A stretch of DNA of 64,000 nucleotides from Gemmatimonadaceae bacterium (lineage in GTDB: Bacteria > Gemmatimonadota > Gemmatimonadetes > Gemmatimonadales > Gemmatimonadaceae). Location: assembly GCA_044224875.1 (NCBI GenBank), contig JBGAJQ010000002.1, positions 152,185 through 216,184 on the forward strand, read 5' to 3'. Below the pieces are notes generated by a model, which saw nothing but the letters and a program-made list of their open reading frames with translations, did not search any database and had not been told where the DNA came from. Below are positions 28,301 to 37,387 of the stretch, piece after piece (position 1 is the first letter of the stretch; each line of letters begins with the position of its first letter). The position numbers and the translations under genes were made by a program.

Positions 28301-28935
28301 TGCGAGCGTCCAGAACGCGACCGTACGCCATTCGGCGTCCAGACCAGCTGGCGGCGTTGGAGTCCGCTGTACGGCAGGAAATTCTGGACACTATACAAGC
28401 GGCCGGCCCGCTATCCGCGGTGGAGATCTCGTCGCTGATGGGACGACCAGCCGATGCGCTCTATTATCACCTGAAGGAGTTGCTCCGCGTCAAGCTTATC
28501 GCGATACATGAAACCCGGCCGACAGCGCGACGGGATGAGGTCGTGTATGACCTGGCGGGCCACCCGATGGTGTTGGAGTATCCGCCACGGCGAGAAGGAC
28601 GGACTCACCCACTCGCGCGCCTCGTACGCTCGATGCTGCGCACCGCCGAGCGCGACTTTTCGGCGGCGGTAGGGACAGTTGACGCCCGCGCTGAGGGCGA
28701 CCGCCGCAACCTGTGGGCAGGGCGGCGCTACGCCTGGTTGTCACCCCGCGACTTTCGACGCGTGAACAAGCTCCTGGATCAACTGACGGACATCATGACG
28801 ACGGCGCGCGACCCGCAGGAAGGTGAGTTGTGCACGATGACGGTGGTGCTTGCGCCGCGTGCCTCACGCGCCGGGCGCCGCTCACCCTCCCCATCCCGTG
28901 CGAAGGATCGCCCAAGCAATGGGAGGCGCTCTTGA
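28300..28935 (+). CDS. ArsR-like winged-helix regulator with a C-terminal extension
   Basis: LAALESAVRQEIL...LYYHLKELLRVKLI. TGATG coupling to the upstream gene. Confidence 0.8.
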   Translation: MRASRTRPYAIRRPDQLAALESAVRQEILDTIQAAGPLSAVEISSLMGRPADALYYHLKELLRVKLIAIHETRPTARRDEVVYDLAGHPMVLEYPPRREGRTHPLARLVRSMLRTAERDFSAAVGTVDARAEGDRRNLWAGRRYAWLSPRDFRRVNKLLDQLTDIMTTARDPQEGELCTMTVVLAPRASRAGRRSPSPSRAKDRPSNGRRS

Positions 28936-30185
28936 GTCATGAGATGTCATCGGCTGCCCAGGTAACGACGGGGGACGATCCCGATGATCTCTTCGCACCT
29001 TCGGCGATAGCGGACCCGTACACGTACTTCGGTCGGTTGCGAGAAGCGGATCCCATTCACTGGAACGCCCGCAACTCGCTCTGGATCATCACGCGTTACG
29101 ACGACCTGGTGTGGCTGGTGCGTCATCACGAGTTGTTCTCGTCGGCGGTGATTCGCTCGGACGCGCGGCCGCCGTATCCCCCGATCGATCCCGAGGATCG
29201 TGGGCTCTTCGAGCAGGTTCGTGCGTTCCGATCGGATCAATTGGTGGAGCAGGATCGACCCGGGCACACGACGATGCGTGGCGCGCTGCACGAGTACTTC
29301 ACGCCGACCACCATGGAGTCATGGCGGCCGTTCGTTCGTACGGCGGTCGCGGAGTTGCTGGACGACGTGGCGCCGCGCGGTCGGATGGACGTGTTGCAGG
29401 CGCTCGCCGCGCCACTTCCGGTGCGCATCATCACGCAGATGATGGGGGTGCCCAACGAAGATCGGGAGCACCTGCGCGACCTGGCAGACAAGCTGTTGTA
29501 CATCAATCGTGGCGAGCCGTATCGCTTGAAGATCCTGATGGAAGGGATCAACGGCATGATGTCCTACGTAGAGCCGAAGGTGGCCGAGCGGGCAGTGCGT
29601 CCAGCGGACGACTTCATTTCGGTGCTCGCGTCAGCAGAGCAAGCCGGGGTGTTCACGCGGCACCAGGTGTTGGTGAACAGCGCCCTGCTCCTGTTTGCGG
29701 GTCACGAGACCACCATGAATCTCATCTGCAACGGAACGCTGGCGCTGCTGCGCCACCCCGAGCAGTGGAAGCAGCTCTGTACGGATCCCGCCGGCCTAAC
29801 GCGACTGGCGACGGAGGAGTGCCTTCGCTACGATCCCCCGGTCAAGTCCACACAGCGCATCGCGGCAGCCGACGTCGAGCGTCACGGCCAGACGATTCGC
29901 AAGGGCGATCGTGTGCGGTGGGTGATGGCCGCGGCGAACCGTGACCCGCGGGCGTTTCGTGACCCAGACACGTTTGACCTGTCGCGCAGCCCGAATCCAC
30001 ACGTGTCCTTCGGCTCTGGTGTGCACTACTGCCTGGGTGCGACGCTGGCACGCGTTGAAGGCCAGGAAGTCTTTCGTGCCCTTGCCGAGCGATTTCCCAA
30101 CCTGCGCCTGGACGCGGATGCCGTGGAGTACCAGCCTAGCATCCAATTCCGTTCGCTGAAGTCATTGCCCGTGGCGTGGGACTGA
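28932..30185 (+). CDS. Cytochrome P450
   Basis: AGHETT, EECLR, AANRDP, FGSGVHYCLG. TTG 28932 follows GGGAGG. Confidence 0.95.
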   Translation: MSHEMSSAAQVTTGDDPDDLFAPSAIADPYTYFGRLREADPIHWNARNSLWIITRYDDLVWLVRHHELFSSAVIRSDARPPYPPIDPEDRGLFEQVRAFRSDQLVEQDRPGHTTMRGALHEYFTPTTMESWRPFVRTAVAELLDDVAPRGRMDVLQALAAPLPVRIITQMMGVPNEDREHLRDLADKLLYINRGEPYRLKILMEGINGMMSYVEPKVAERAVRPADDFISVLASAEQAGVFTRHQVLVNSALLLFAGHETTMNLICNGTLALLRHPEQWKQLCTDPAGLTRLATEECLRYDPPVKSTQRIAAADVERHGQTIRKGDRVRWVMAAANRDPRAFRDPDTFDLSRSPNPHVSFGSGVHYCLGATLARVEGQEVFRALAERFPNLRLDADAVEYQPSIQFRSLKSLPVAWD

Positions 30186-30188
30186 GCG

Positions 30189-30428
30189 ATGGATGAAGCG
30201 ACCTCACCTCGTCAGCTGCGCATTCGTGTGGATCATGCGCTGTGTGTCGGCAACGGTCAGTGCGTGAACGTTGCGCCCGGTGTGTTCCAGCACAACGAAT
30301 ACGTGCAGTCCGAAGTGATCGATCCGTGCGGCGCGCCTGAGCTGGACGTACTACGCGCAGCCCACCTGTGTCCGACGAGCGCCATTCGCGTGGAGGACGC
30401 TGCCACGGGAGACGTCTTGTTCCCTTGA
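30189..30428 (+). CDS. Ferredoxin, probably [3Fe-4S], P450 partner
   Basis: CVGNGQC...CP motif, 3 nt after the P450 stop. Confidence 0.9.
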   Translation: MDEATSPRQLRIRVDHALCVGNGQCVNVAPGVFQHNEYVQSEVIDPCGAPELDVLRAAHLCPTSAIRVEDAATGDVLFP

Positions 30429-30455
30429 TGACACGTGTTGATGGGAGAAACGCAC

Positions 30456-31289
30456 ATGGCTGAGTACCTGGGCGGTTCGCGAAAGCGACTGAGCATTCTG
30501 GATCTTGCGGCCATGAAGCGAGACAGGCAGAAGATCGTGATGATCACGGCGTATGATGCCTTGTTCGGTGCGCTGGTGGATGCCGCGGGCGTGGACGTGG
30601 TGTTGGTCGGCGATTCTGTTGCGCCGGTGATTGCGGGGGCGGAGTCCACGATACCAGCAACCATGGATCAGATGGTGTATCACGGGCGCATCGTCCGTCG
30701 TGGCGTGCGCCACGCGCTGCTGATCGTGGACATGCCGTTCCTGAGTTACCAGGTGTCGATACCCGATGCGATCGCCAACGCCGGGAGGATTCTCAAGGAG
30801 ACTGGCGCGCAGGGGGTGAAGCTGGAGGGTGGCGCGGCGTGGGCGCCGACGGTTGCAGCTCTGGTTGGGTGCGGGATCCCGGTGATGGGACACCTGGGTT
30901 TCACGCCACAATCGGTGAACCAACTGGGGGGCTTCAGGATCCAGGGCAAGGAGACCGATGCTGCGGCGCGATTGGTGGAGGACGCCAAGGCGCTGCAGCG
31001 CGCCGGTGCATTCTCAATAGTGTTGGAGCTGACGCCGAGCGATGTGGCCCAGCGGGTGACCGATGCCGTGGCCATCCCGACGATCGGGATTGGGGCAGGC
31101 CCACACTGCGACGGTCAGGTGTTGGTCCTGCACGACATGCTGGGATTGAACGAGGGGTTCACCCCCAAGTTCCTGCGTCGGTACGCCGAGCTTGGCGAGG
31201 CGACGCGTCGCGCAGTGGGCGTGTTTTGCGATGAGGTGCGTGGTGGGGCATATCCAGGGCCGGAGCACACGCACGGCCACGCTCCATGA
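30456..31289 (+). CDS. panB: 3-methyl-2-oxobutanoate hydroxymethyltransferase
   Basis: MITAYD, LVGDS, DMPFLSY, VKLEGG, GHLGFTPQ, IGIGAG, CDGQVLV. Confidence 0.96.
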   Translation: MAEYLGGSRKRLSILDLAAMKRDRQKIVMITAYDALFGALVDAAGVDVVLVGDSVAPVIAGAESTIPATMDQMVYHGRIVRRGVRHALLIVDMPFLSYQVSIPDAIANAGRILKETGAQGVKLEGGAAWAPTVAALVGCGIPVMGHLGFTPQSVNQLGGFRIQGKETDAAARLVEDAKALQRAGAFSIVLELTPSDVAQRVTDAVAIPTIGIGAGPHCDGQVLVLHDMLGLNEGFTPKFLRRYAELGEATRRAVGVFCDEVRGGAYPGPEHTHGHAP

Positions 31290-31354
31290 GCATCACGCCA
31301 GCGGCGGAACGTTAGGCTGGTTCGCGGTGGCTCCCGACCCGCGACGAGGTCGGG

Positions 31355-32158
31355 TCAACAACGAATTCCTGGCGACGGCGGAACGGCGGGCGCCCAGACC
31401 GGGACCGGATTGGCGAATGCGTTGGCGTTCGCGCTGTGCGCGGCGTTCTGCAGCAGCGTCATGGTCGCACTCGACAAAAGGGGTACGCCGATGATCGTGG
31501 GTGTTGTCGTGGGGAGGGTGCGCGCGTCCAGGCCCGTGATCTGTTCGAAAAGGACGAGTGCGGCGAGGTAGGTGCCCAGTGGGCTGGGGTGATACCCATC
31601 GGGCCCGTAGAAGTCGAGCGACGGATCCGTTTGACTGGCGACCTGCCAGGCATCGCCGGCAGGTGCAAACTTGGTGTTTGCGGTGACCGCCGCCATCTGC
31701 GCCGACTCGTGCACCTTGGGAAGGTCGAACAGACGATTGACGCTGGGCCAGGACATCATGACGATCGAGGACGCGCCAATGGCCGTGCCGAGCTGATTGA
31801 TGGCACGGACGGCGAGCACAAGCGTGTCTCGACAGATTGGGAGCGTTGTTGGGCCTTGCTGCAAGACGAGGTGCTTCCAGTTGGCGCCGGCGATCACGTC
31901 TTGAGCGCTTCCGTCGATCAGGAAATCAATCAACGCACGATCAGGGGCAGCGAGCGAACGAACGGCGAGTGAAACGCCGGCACTTCGCGCGAGCGTGGCG
32001 ACCATTTGGGGCAGGTCGTTGGTATACGTCAGGCTGTTTCCGATGAACAGGACGTTGTTGCCGGGGGGCAGGGGCGACGTAACGCTCGGCGCCTTGATGC
32101 AGCTGAGACTCGCCAGGACAATGAAACAGGACGGCACGATGGGATGGGGGATGCGCAT
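31355..32158 (-). CDS. SGNH/GDSL-like hydrolase lipoprotein
   Basis: Lipobox LSC, LFIGNSLT, LVLQQ, DGYHPS. Confidence 0.82.
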   Translation of the reverse strand: MRIPHPIVPSCFIVLASLSCIKAPSVTSPLPPGNNVLFIGNSLTYTNDLPQMVATLARSAGVSLAVRSLAAPDRALIDFLIDGSAQDVIAGANWKHLVLQQGPTTLPICRDTLVLAVRAINQLGTAIGASSIVMMSWPSVNRLFDLPKVHESAQMAAVTANTKFAPAGDAWQVASQTDPSLDFYGPDGYHPSPLGTYLAALVLFEQITGLDARTLPTTTPTIIGVPLLSSATMTLLQNAAHSANANAFANPVPVWAPAVPPSPGIRC

Positions 32159-32369
32159 ATGGGCGCAACGTTCCTGTTGCCAGAGCGGCGAGTCACGGGT
32201 GGTGCGACCGACCGTGCCTATGTAGGGATTGGAGGATGAACCGGACCCCTGGCGCGAACGAGCCACAACGGTCGGCGACTGACGCGGACTGGTGTGGGCT
32301 ACGGCTTCACGACAACTGTCTGGCGCCTAGCGCGTGCGGTACCTTCTGAGTTCCCTCTTGGGCAGAAAG

Positions 32370-33002
32370 ATGACCGGGACTCTGAGTCGTGTGCTCGCCA
32401 TCGCATGGGTGATCGGATTCAACGCGGCGTGTGGCGGCGGGGGGAGCGGAACGACCAATCCTCCAGCATCCACGCAACGCTTGAACTCCGTCGAGCTGGC
32501 GCCGTCAACGTTGGCGCTGACCGCTGGTCGGACGGGGTTGCTCACACCTGTGGCGAAGGACCAGCAAGGCGCCGTGATTGACGTGGCCAGCGGGTACAGC
32601 TTCGTGTCGTCGGTTGCAACTGTAGCGGAGGTCAGTTCGACCGGGTCCGTACTTGCGGTCTCTGCCGGAAGCTCGACGATCACGGTCACCTTGACGCGCG
32701 ACGGCGTGACGCGCTCGGCGTCGGCCGTGGTGACGGTGACCGGGGTGCTCCCCGATCGGGGTGCGGTGAGCGCGACGCCCGACAATGCGTTCGTGCCGGA
32801 TTCGATCGTGATTTCCCGGGGAGGGCAGGTGACGTTCACGTTCCAGGCCACGCATAACGTGAACTTCCTTGGCACCGGTGCACCGTCGAACATCCTCACC
32901 ACTAGCGGAGCCACGGTGGAGCGGCTGTTTGCGGTAGTCGGTGATTTTCCATTCACGTGCTCGTTGCACGGCGGCATGACTGGAATCGTCAAGGTGCGGT
33001 GA
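32370..33002 (+). CDS. Lipoprotein with an Ig-like (Big_2) domain and a cupredoxin domain
   Basis: AAC lipobox, VATVAEVSSTGSVLAVSAG, HNV and the CSLHGGM type-1 copper ligand set. Confidence 0.82.
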   Translation: MTGTLSRVLAIAWVIGFNAACGGGGSGTTNPPASTQRLNSVELAPSTLALTAGRTGLLTPVAKDQQGAVIDVASGYSFVSSVATVAEVSSTGSVLAVSAGSSTITVTLTRDGVTRSASAVVTVTGVLPDRGAVSATPDNAFVPDSIVISRGGQVTFTFQATHNVNFLGTGAPSNILTTSGATVERLFAVVGDFPFTCSLHGGMTGIVKVR

Positions 33003-33097
33003 CCGACCCGCGACGTTAGTTCGAGACGGCACCTAAGCAGACGCCGGGCCGACCCCCAACGGTTGGGACGGGATTGGTGTCCAAGCCCTACGACACC

Positions 33098-33664
33098 ATG
33101 CCGCACGGGGCAAACGCACTCGCCCAATCGGGTACGCCGGAACACGAACTGGTCAACCGCCTGCGCGCGGGTGACCGGGGGGCGGCTCGCGCCCTGTACG
33201 ACACGCACGCCCCACGTGTCTTCCGCGTCATCAACCGTCTGTGCCGGGACGAAGAACATGCTCGTGAACTCACGCAGGACGCCTTCGTTCGCGCCTTTGG
33301 AGCCTTGGAGCGGTTTCGAGGTGAGTCGGCATTCGGGACATGGCTCTTCCGGATCGCGGTCACCGTCACCCTCAACGCCCTTCGAAAGAAGCGCCGAGAG
33401 GACATCAGGCGAGTGCCCTTCGAAGAGACGATGCCCGCGAGGGAGCCGGCGCTCAGCGATCCCGATTTGCGCGAGAGCCTCACGCGGGCGATCGACGAGC
33501 TGTCGGAGGCACAACGCACGGTCTTCGTGCTGCATGCCCTCGAGGGATACACACACGTGGAGATCGGCGAGTTGCTAGGCATTTCCCAAAACACCAGCAA
33601 GGGGCGGCTGTTTGACGCGCGCGCGGCGCTGCGCCGCAAGCTTGCCCAATTCATGACGGAGTAA
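33098..33664 (+). CDS. ECF RNA polymerase sigma factor
   Basis: ELTQDAFVRAF, FRGESAFGTWLFRI, EIGELLGIS...SKGRLFDAR. Start uncertain (33074-33098). Confidence 0.92.
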   Translation: MPHGANALAQSGTPEHELVNRLRAGDRGAARALYDTHAPRVFRVINRLCRDEEHARELTQDAFVRAFGALERFRGESAFGTWLFRIAVTVTLNALRKKRREDIRRVPFEETMPAREPALSDPDLRESLTRAIDELSEAQRTVFVLHALEGYTHVEIGELLGISQNTSKGRLFDARAALRRKLAQFMTE

Positions 33665-33670
33665 CAGCAA

Positions 33671-34297
33671 ATGTCCGACGACCGACAGGATCGATGGATC
33701 GAGGAAACGGCAACGCGGTGGTACCGGCCGTCGGATCGTGCTCCTCTGGACGAGATGTGGGAGGCGATCGATGCTCGGCTGCCAGTGGATCCGCGCCGGT
33801 CGCCGACGCGATGGCTTGCCGCCCGGCCGTTGTGGATCGGGGCCGTCGCCGCCGCGGCTTGCCTGGTCATCGGGTTTGAGCTGGGACAGTACAGGGCACA
33901 GCCTAACGTCGAAGCCGCATCCGTGCTGGCTGAGTCCACACGCGATTCACTCGACGCCCCGTACGATCACGCGGCCACCACACTGCTAGGCGAGACCGCC
34001 ATCTTGCTTCGAGCGCTGCCGGCCTCGCGAACCACCGTCCTATCCAGCGATCGCTTTGCGTCGCAAGCCACGGATCTATTGGGGACGACACGTCTGCTCC
34101 TGGACTCGCCAGCGGCGACCGACCCGCGGCTCCGAGAGCTGTTGCAGGACCTGGAGCTGGTGCTGGCACAGATCGCCACCCTGCATAACGGGAAGAACCA
34201 GACGGACATCGACCTCATTACCCAGGCGCTTTCCGAGCGCGACATCGTTCCACGCATCCGCCGCGTCGCCGCCGAGCTGGCGACTGGCGGCAACTGA
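33671..34297 (+). CDS. Putative single-pass anti-sigma factor
   Basis: Directly after the ECF gene. MWEAI, one TM (AAAACLVIGF), helical periplasmic part. Confidence 0.65.
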   Translation: MSDDRQDRWIEETATRWYRPSDRAPLDEMWEAIDARLPVDPRRSPTRWLAARPLWIGAVAAAACLVIGFELGQYRAQPNVEAASVLAESTRDSLDAPYDHAATTLLGETAILLRALPASRTTVLSSDRFASQATDLLGTTRLLLDSPAATDPRLRELLQDLELVLAQIATLHNGKNQTDIDLITQALSERDIVPRIRRVAAELATGGN

Positions 34298-34301
34298 GGA
34301 T

Positions 34302-36104
34302 ATGCGCATGTTCCTTCCCGCTAGCGTCTCCAAGAACCCGTTCCGCGCGGGCCGGTGTCGCTTCGTGCACCTCACTAGGGCCCAGGTTCTGACCTCGGTC
34401 TTTCTGGGAGCCGTACTCTCGGCCGTGCCACTAGCAGCGCAAGTGAAGAAGCCGGTACGTCCAGCGCGGCCAGCCTCACCTCCCCTCGCCACCTCGCCGG
34501 ACGAGCTGCCTCCCCTGGGCGCGCCGCGTCCGGATCACCTGGAGTGGGACGCCGAAAGGATGGCGAGGGCTGACGCACTCCAGAGCGACCTCGCCGTATG
34601 GCAGGATCGCCTGGACGACCAGCGCTGGTCGGTGCAGGGATGGGACATGCGGCGGCAGGCGGCCGCCGCCGAGCGGGACATGCAACGAGCGCTCGCCACG
34701 ACGGAACGCGAGTGGAGCGCCGATCAACGCCTCTTCGACCGTGAGCACAGGGCACAGTCGCCGTTGCAGCCGCCGTTAGGCGACCTCGACATGACACTCC
34801 ACGCGCCGTTCGGTGCCACCGCGTGGGCGACGGTTGGTGGCGATGCGGGGCAGGTCCCGCCCGGCCAGTGGTCCGACGATCCCGCCGACTCATTGTATCG
34901 CCAGGCCCGCGAGTTGTTGAACCGCGGCGAGTGGCGTCAAGCCGTGTCTGCCTTCCGAGACATCGCGCAGAAATACCCAAACTCGAACTATGTAGCCGAC
35001 GCACTCTACTGGCAGGCCTTTGGCCTGTATCGTATCGGTGGGGGAGGCGACCTGCGTCAGGCGTTGGAGCTGCTGAGTGCGCAACGGGCCAAGTATCCCA
35101 ATGCACGGACGCAGGGGGATGCATCGGTGCTGGCTACGCGCATTCGCGGAGCGCTGGCGGCGCGCGGCGACGCCGCCGCGGCGGCGCAGATCGCTCGAAC
35201 CGCAGCCGACTCCACTCCAAGGTGCGATCAGGAGGACATGGCCGTGCGCGCCGAAGCGCTGAACGCGCTCGCGCAATCGGACCCGGACGGAGCTTCCCAG
35301 GTCTTGCAGCGAGTGTTGGCGCGCCGCGACGAATGCTCGGCCGCGCTTCGCCGGAGTGCGATCTTCATCCTTGGTGGGAAGCGTCGGGACGCTACGACCA
35401 CAGCGACACTGATCCAGGTCGCGAAGACCGATCCGTCGCCAGAAGTTCGCGGCACCGCGATCGATTGGCTGGCGAAATTCTCTGGCGACGAGGCACTCAC
35501 CACGTTGGATGAGTTGGCTCGTACGGCCGACGATGAGCGCATCCAGCGAGCTGCCGTTCGCGCCTTGGTGATGAATCCAAGTGACAAGGCACGTCAGATG
35601 GTTCGCAGCTTCATTGAGAGAAACGAGACGCCGGAGCGTCTGCGGCTCGAGGGGCTGGGCGCGTTCGACAAGGAACGCGTCACGTCGGACGACATCGCGT
35701 GGTTGCGAACATTCTATGGACGCACCGACAATCCCCGGATCAAGCAGCGCATCCTGTGGACACTCGGCCGCGTGGGCGGGCCAGAAATCGACCAGTGGTT
35801 CCTGGCGATGGTCAAGAACCCGGACGAAAGCAGCGAGGCGCGCACCGCAGCGCTTCGACGCGTGGGGAAATCAATGGCGGTGGCCGAGCTGGCAAAGTTG
35901 TACGACAACTCGTCGGAGCGTGTCGTGCGCGAGGAGCTGATCGGGGCATTCGCCAATCGTGGAGAAGACGAGGCCACGGACAAGCTCATCGAGATCGTCA
36001 AGACAGGCACGGACCCGAACCTTCGTCGCATGGCGATCAACGCACTGTCGCGAAAGAAGGATGCACGGACCATGAAGTTCCTCCTGGACCTGGTGGAAAA
36101 ATGA
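34302..36104 (+). CDS. Secreted TPR (BamD/YbgF-like) plus HEAT-repeat protein
   Basis: Signal ending PLAAQ, ADSLYRQARELLN...YPNSNYVADALYWQAF, repeated R-x-x-A-[IVL]-x-x-L helices. Confidence 0.8.
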   Translation: MRMFLPASVSKNPFRAGRCRFVHLTRAQVLTSVFLGAVLSAVPLAAQVKKPVRPARPASPPLATSPDELPPLGAPRPDHLEWDAERMARADALQSDLAVWQDRLDDQRWSVQGWDMRRQAAAAERDMQRALATTEREWSADQRLFDREHRAQSPLQPPLGDLDMTLHAPFGATAWATVGGDAGQVPPGQWSDDPADSLYRQARELLNRGEWRQAVSAFRDIAQKYPNSNYVADALYWQAFGLYRIGGGGDLRQALELLSAQRAKYPNARTQGDASVLATRIRGALAARGDAAAAAQIARTAADSTPRCDQEDMAVRAEALNALAQSDPDGASQVLQRVLARRDECSAALRRSAIFILGGKRRDATTTATLIQVAKTDPSPEVRGTAIDWLAKFSGDEALTTLDELARTADDERIQRAAVRALVMNPSDKARQMVRSFIERNETPERLRLEGLGAFDKERVTSDDIAWLRTFYGRTDNPRIKQRILWTLGRVGGPEIDQWFLAMVKNPDESSEARTAALRRVGKSMAVAELAKLYDNSSERVVREELIGAFANRGEDEATDKLIEIVKTGTDPNLRRMAINALSRKKDARTMKFLLDLVEK

Positions 36105-37375
36105 GAGTTCATGCGGCTTTGCTGGCGATCGGATGGATCTGCAGTGGCGAGCTGCCGGCGCAATCGTTGTCGCGTCGCGTGGCGGCCGTCGCCAGCACCA
36201 ACGTGGAATTCAACTTTGCCGCGCGTCCCGGCGTGTGCGGGGATGGCCGCACATTCATTCGTGTCGGCGCGGATGTGTACATGGGGCATTACTATGGAAA
36301 CGCCGGCAGCGCCTGTGAGGCTGGCTTGGTGCGCGTGCTGATCATTCGCGTAGGTCCGGAACCGGTTCGAATCGAGGACTACGTGGGCCCGATCGCACAT
36401 GACCCCGATGCGACCGACTTAGGGCGCGTACCGGCAGCAGAAGCAGCCGCCTATCTGATGCAGCTGGCGAACGCCGACGACGGTCGCTTGGCTCGCGACG
36501 CACTCACGGCGGCGGCGCTCGCCGACAGCACGCAGCTCGCTGGTCAGCTGCTAGCGATTGCCAAGGATCAATCGAAGTCGCGCGAGTTGCGGCGGAGCGC
36601 CCTGACGTGGGCCACGCGCGCCGGCGTCGAAGGCGGACTTCCAGTCCAGGAGAGCATTCGTGTACTCGCGGACATCGCGCGGGACGCGAACGAGCACCAG
36701 TCCATGCGCCAACAGGCGACTTCGCAGCTGGGCTACTTCGCGCGAGGTGAGGGAATGCCGGCGCTGATCACCATGGCAGGGAACGAATCCGACCCGTGGC
36801 TTGCGCGGCAAGCGCTGTCCGGCCTGATTCGCTCTGGTGACCCGAGGGCGCGTCGGGCGGTGCGGGAGATGGTCACAAGTGAACGAACGTCCGAAGAACT
36901 GCGCTCCGCGGCGATCAACTCTTTGGCTGGCGAGTACGCGACGGCCAAGGACGCGGACCTCATTCGCGACGCGTATCCACGCCTCACAACTGATCGAACG
37001 CGCGATGCCGCCATCAGCGCGGTGGCCAACATCGGTGGAGACCGAGCGCGGGCCTGGCTGGTGAGCTTGACGAAGGACCGGGATGCGGCGATGCGTCAGC
37101 GTCGGAAGGCCGCCGAGCAGTTGAGCCGCAGTGGTAGCAGCAGCGCTGAGATCGGCTCGCTATACGACGCCGTGGAGGATGTGGAGGTCCGCTCCGTGCT
37201 CATTGACGTCCTGGCGCAGAACGGGACCAGGGATGCGGGGACGAAGCTGTTGTCCATCGCCAAGGGCGATCCACAACTCACGTCGCGGCGTCGCGCGATC
37301 GGGGCGCTTGGACGATTCGAGGATCCCAGCATCAAGAGCGCGCTGCGCGACATTGTGGAACGAGGCTCCCCGTAG
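36101..37375 (+). CDS. Secreted HEAT-repeat protein
   Basis: ATGA overlap with the previous gene, signal peptide, ARPGVCGDG N-domain, HEAT-like repeats. Confidence 0.8.
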   Translation: MRVHAALLAIGWICSGELPAQSLSRRVAAVASTNVEFNFAARPGVCGDGRTFIRVGADVYMGHYYGNAGSACEAGLVRVLIIRVGPEPVRIEDYVGPIAHDPDATDLGRVPAAEAAAYLMQLANADDGRLARDALTAAALADSTQLAGQLLAIAKDQSKSRELRRSALTWATRAGVEGGLPVQESIRVLADIARDANEHQSMRQQATSQLGYFARGEGMPALITMAGNESDPWLARQALSGLIRSGDPRARRAVREMVTSERTSEELRSAAINSLAGEYATAKDADLIRDAYPRLTTDRTRDAAISAVANIGGDRARAWLVSLTKDRDAAMRQRRKAAEQLSRSGSSSAEIGSLYDAVEDVEVRSVLIDVLAQNGTRDAGTKLLSIAKGDPQLTSRRRAIGALGRFEDPSIKSALRDIVERGSP

Positions 37376-37387
37376 CGCAACGCCGGC

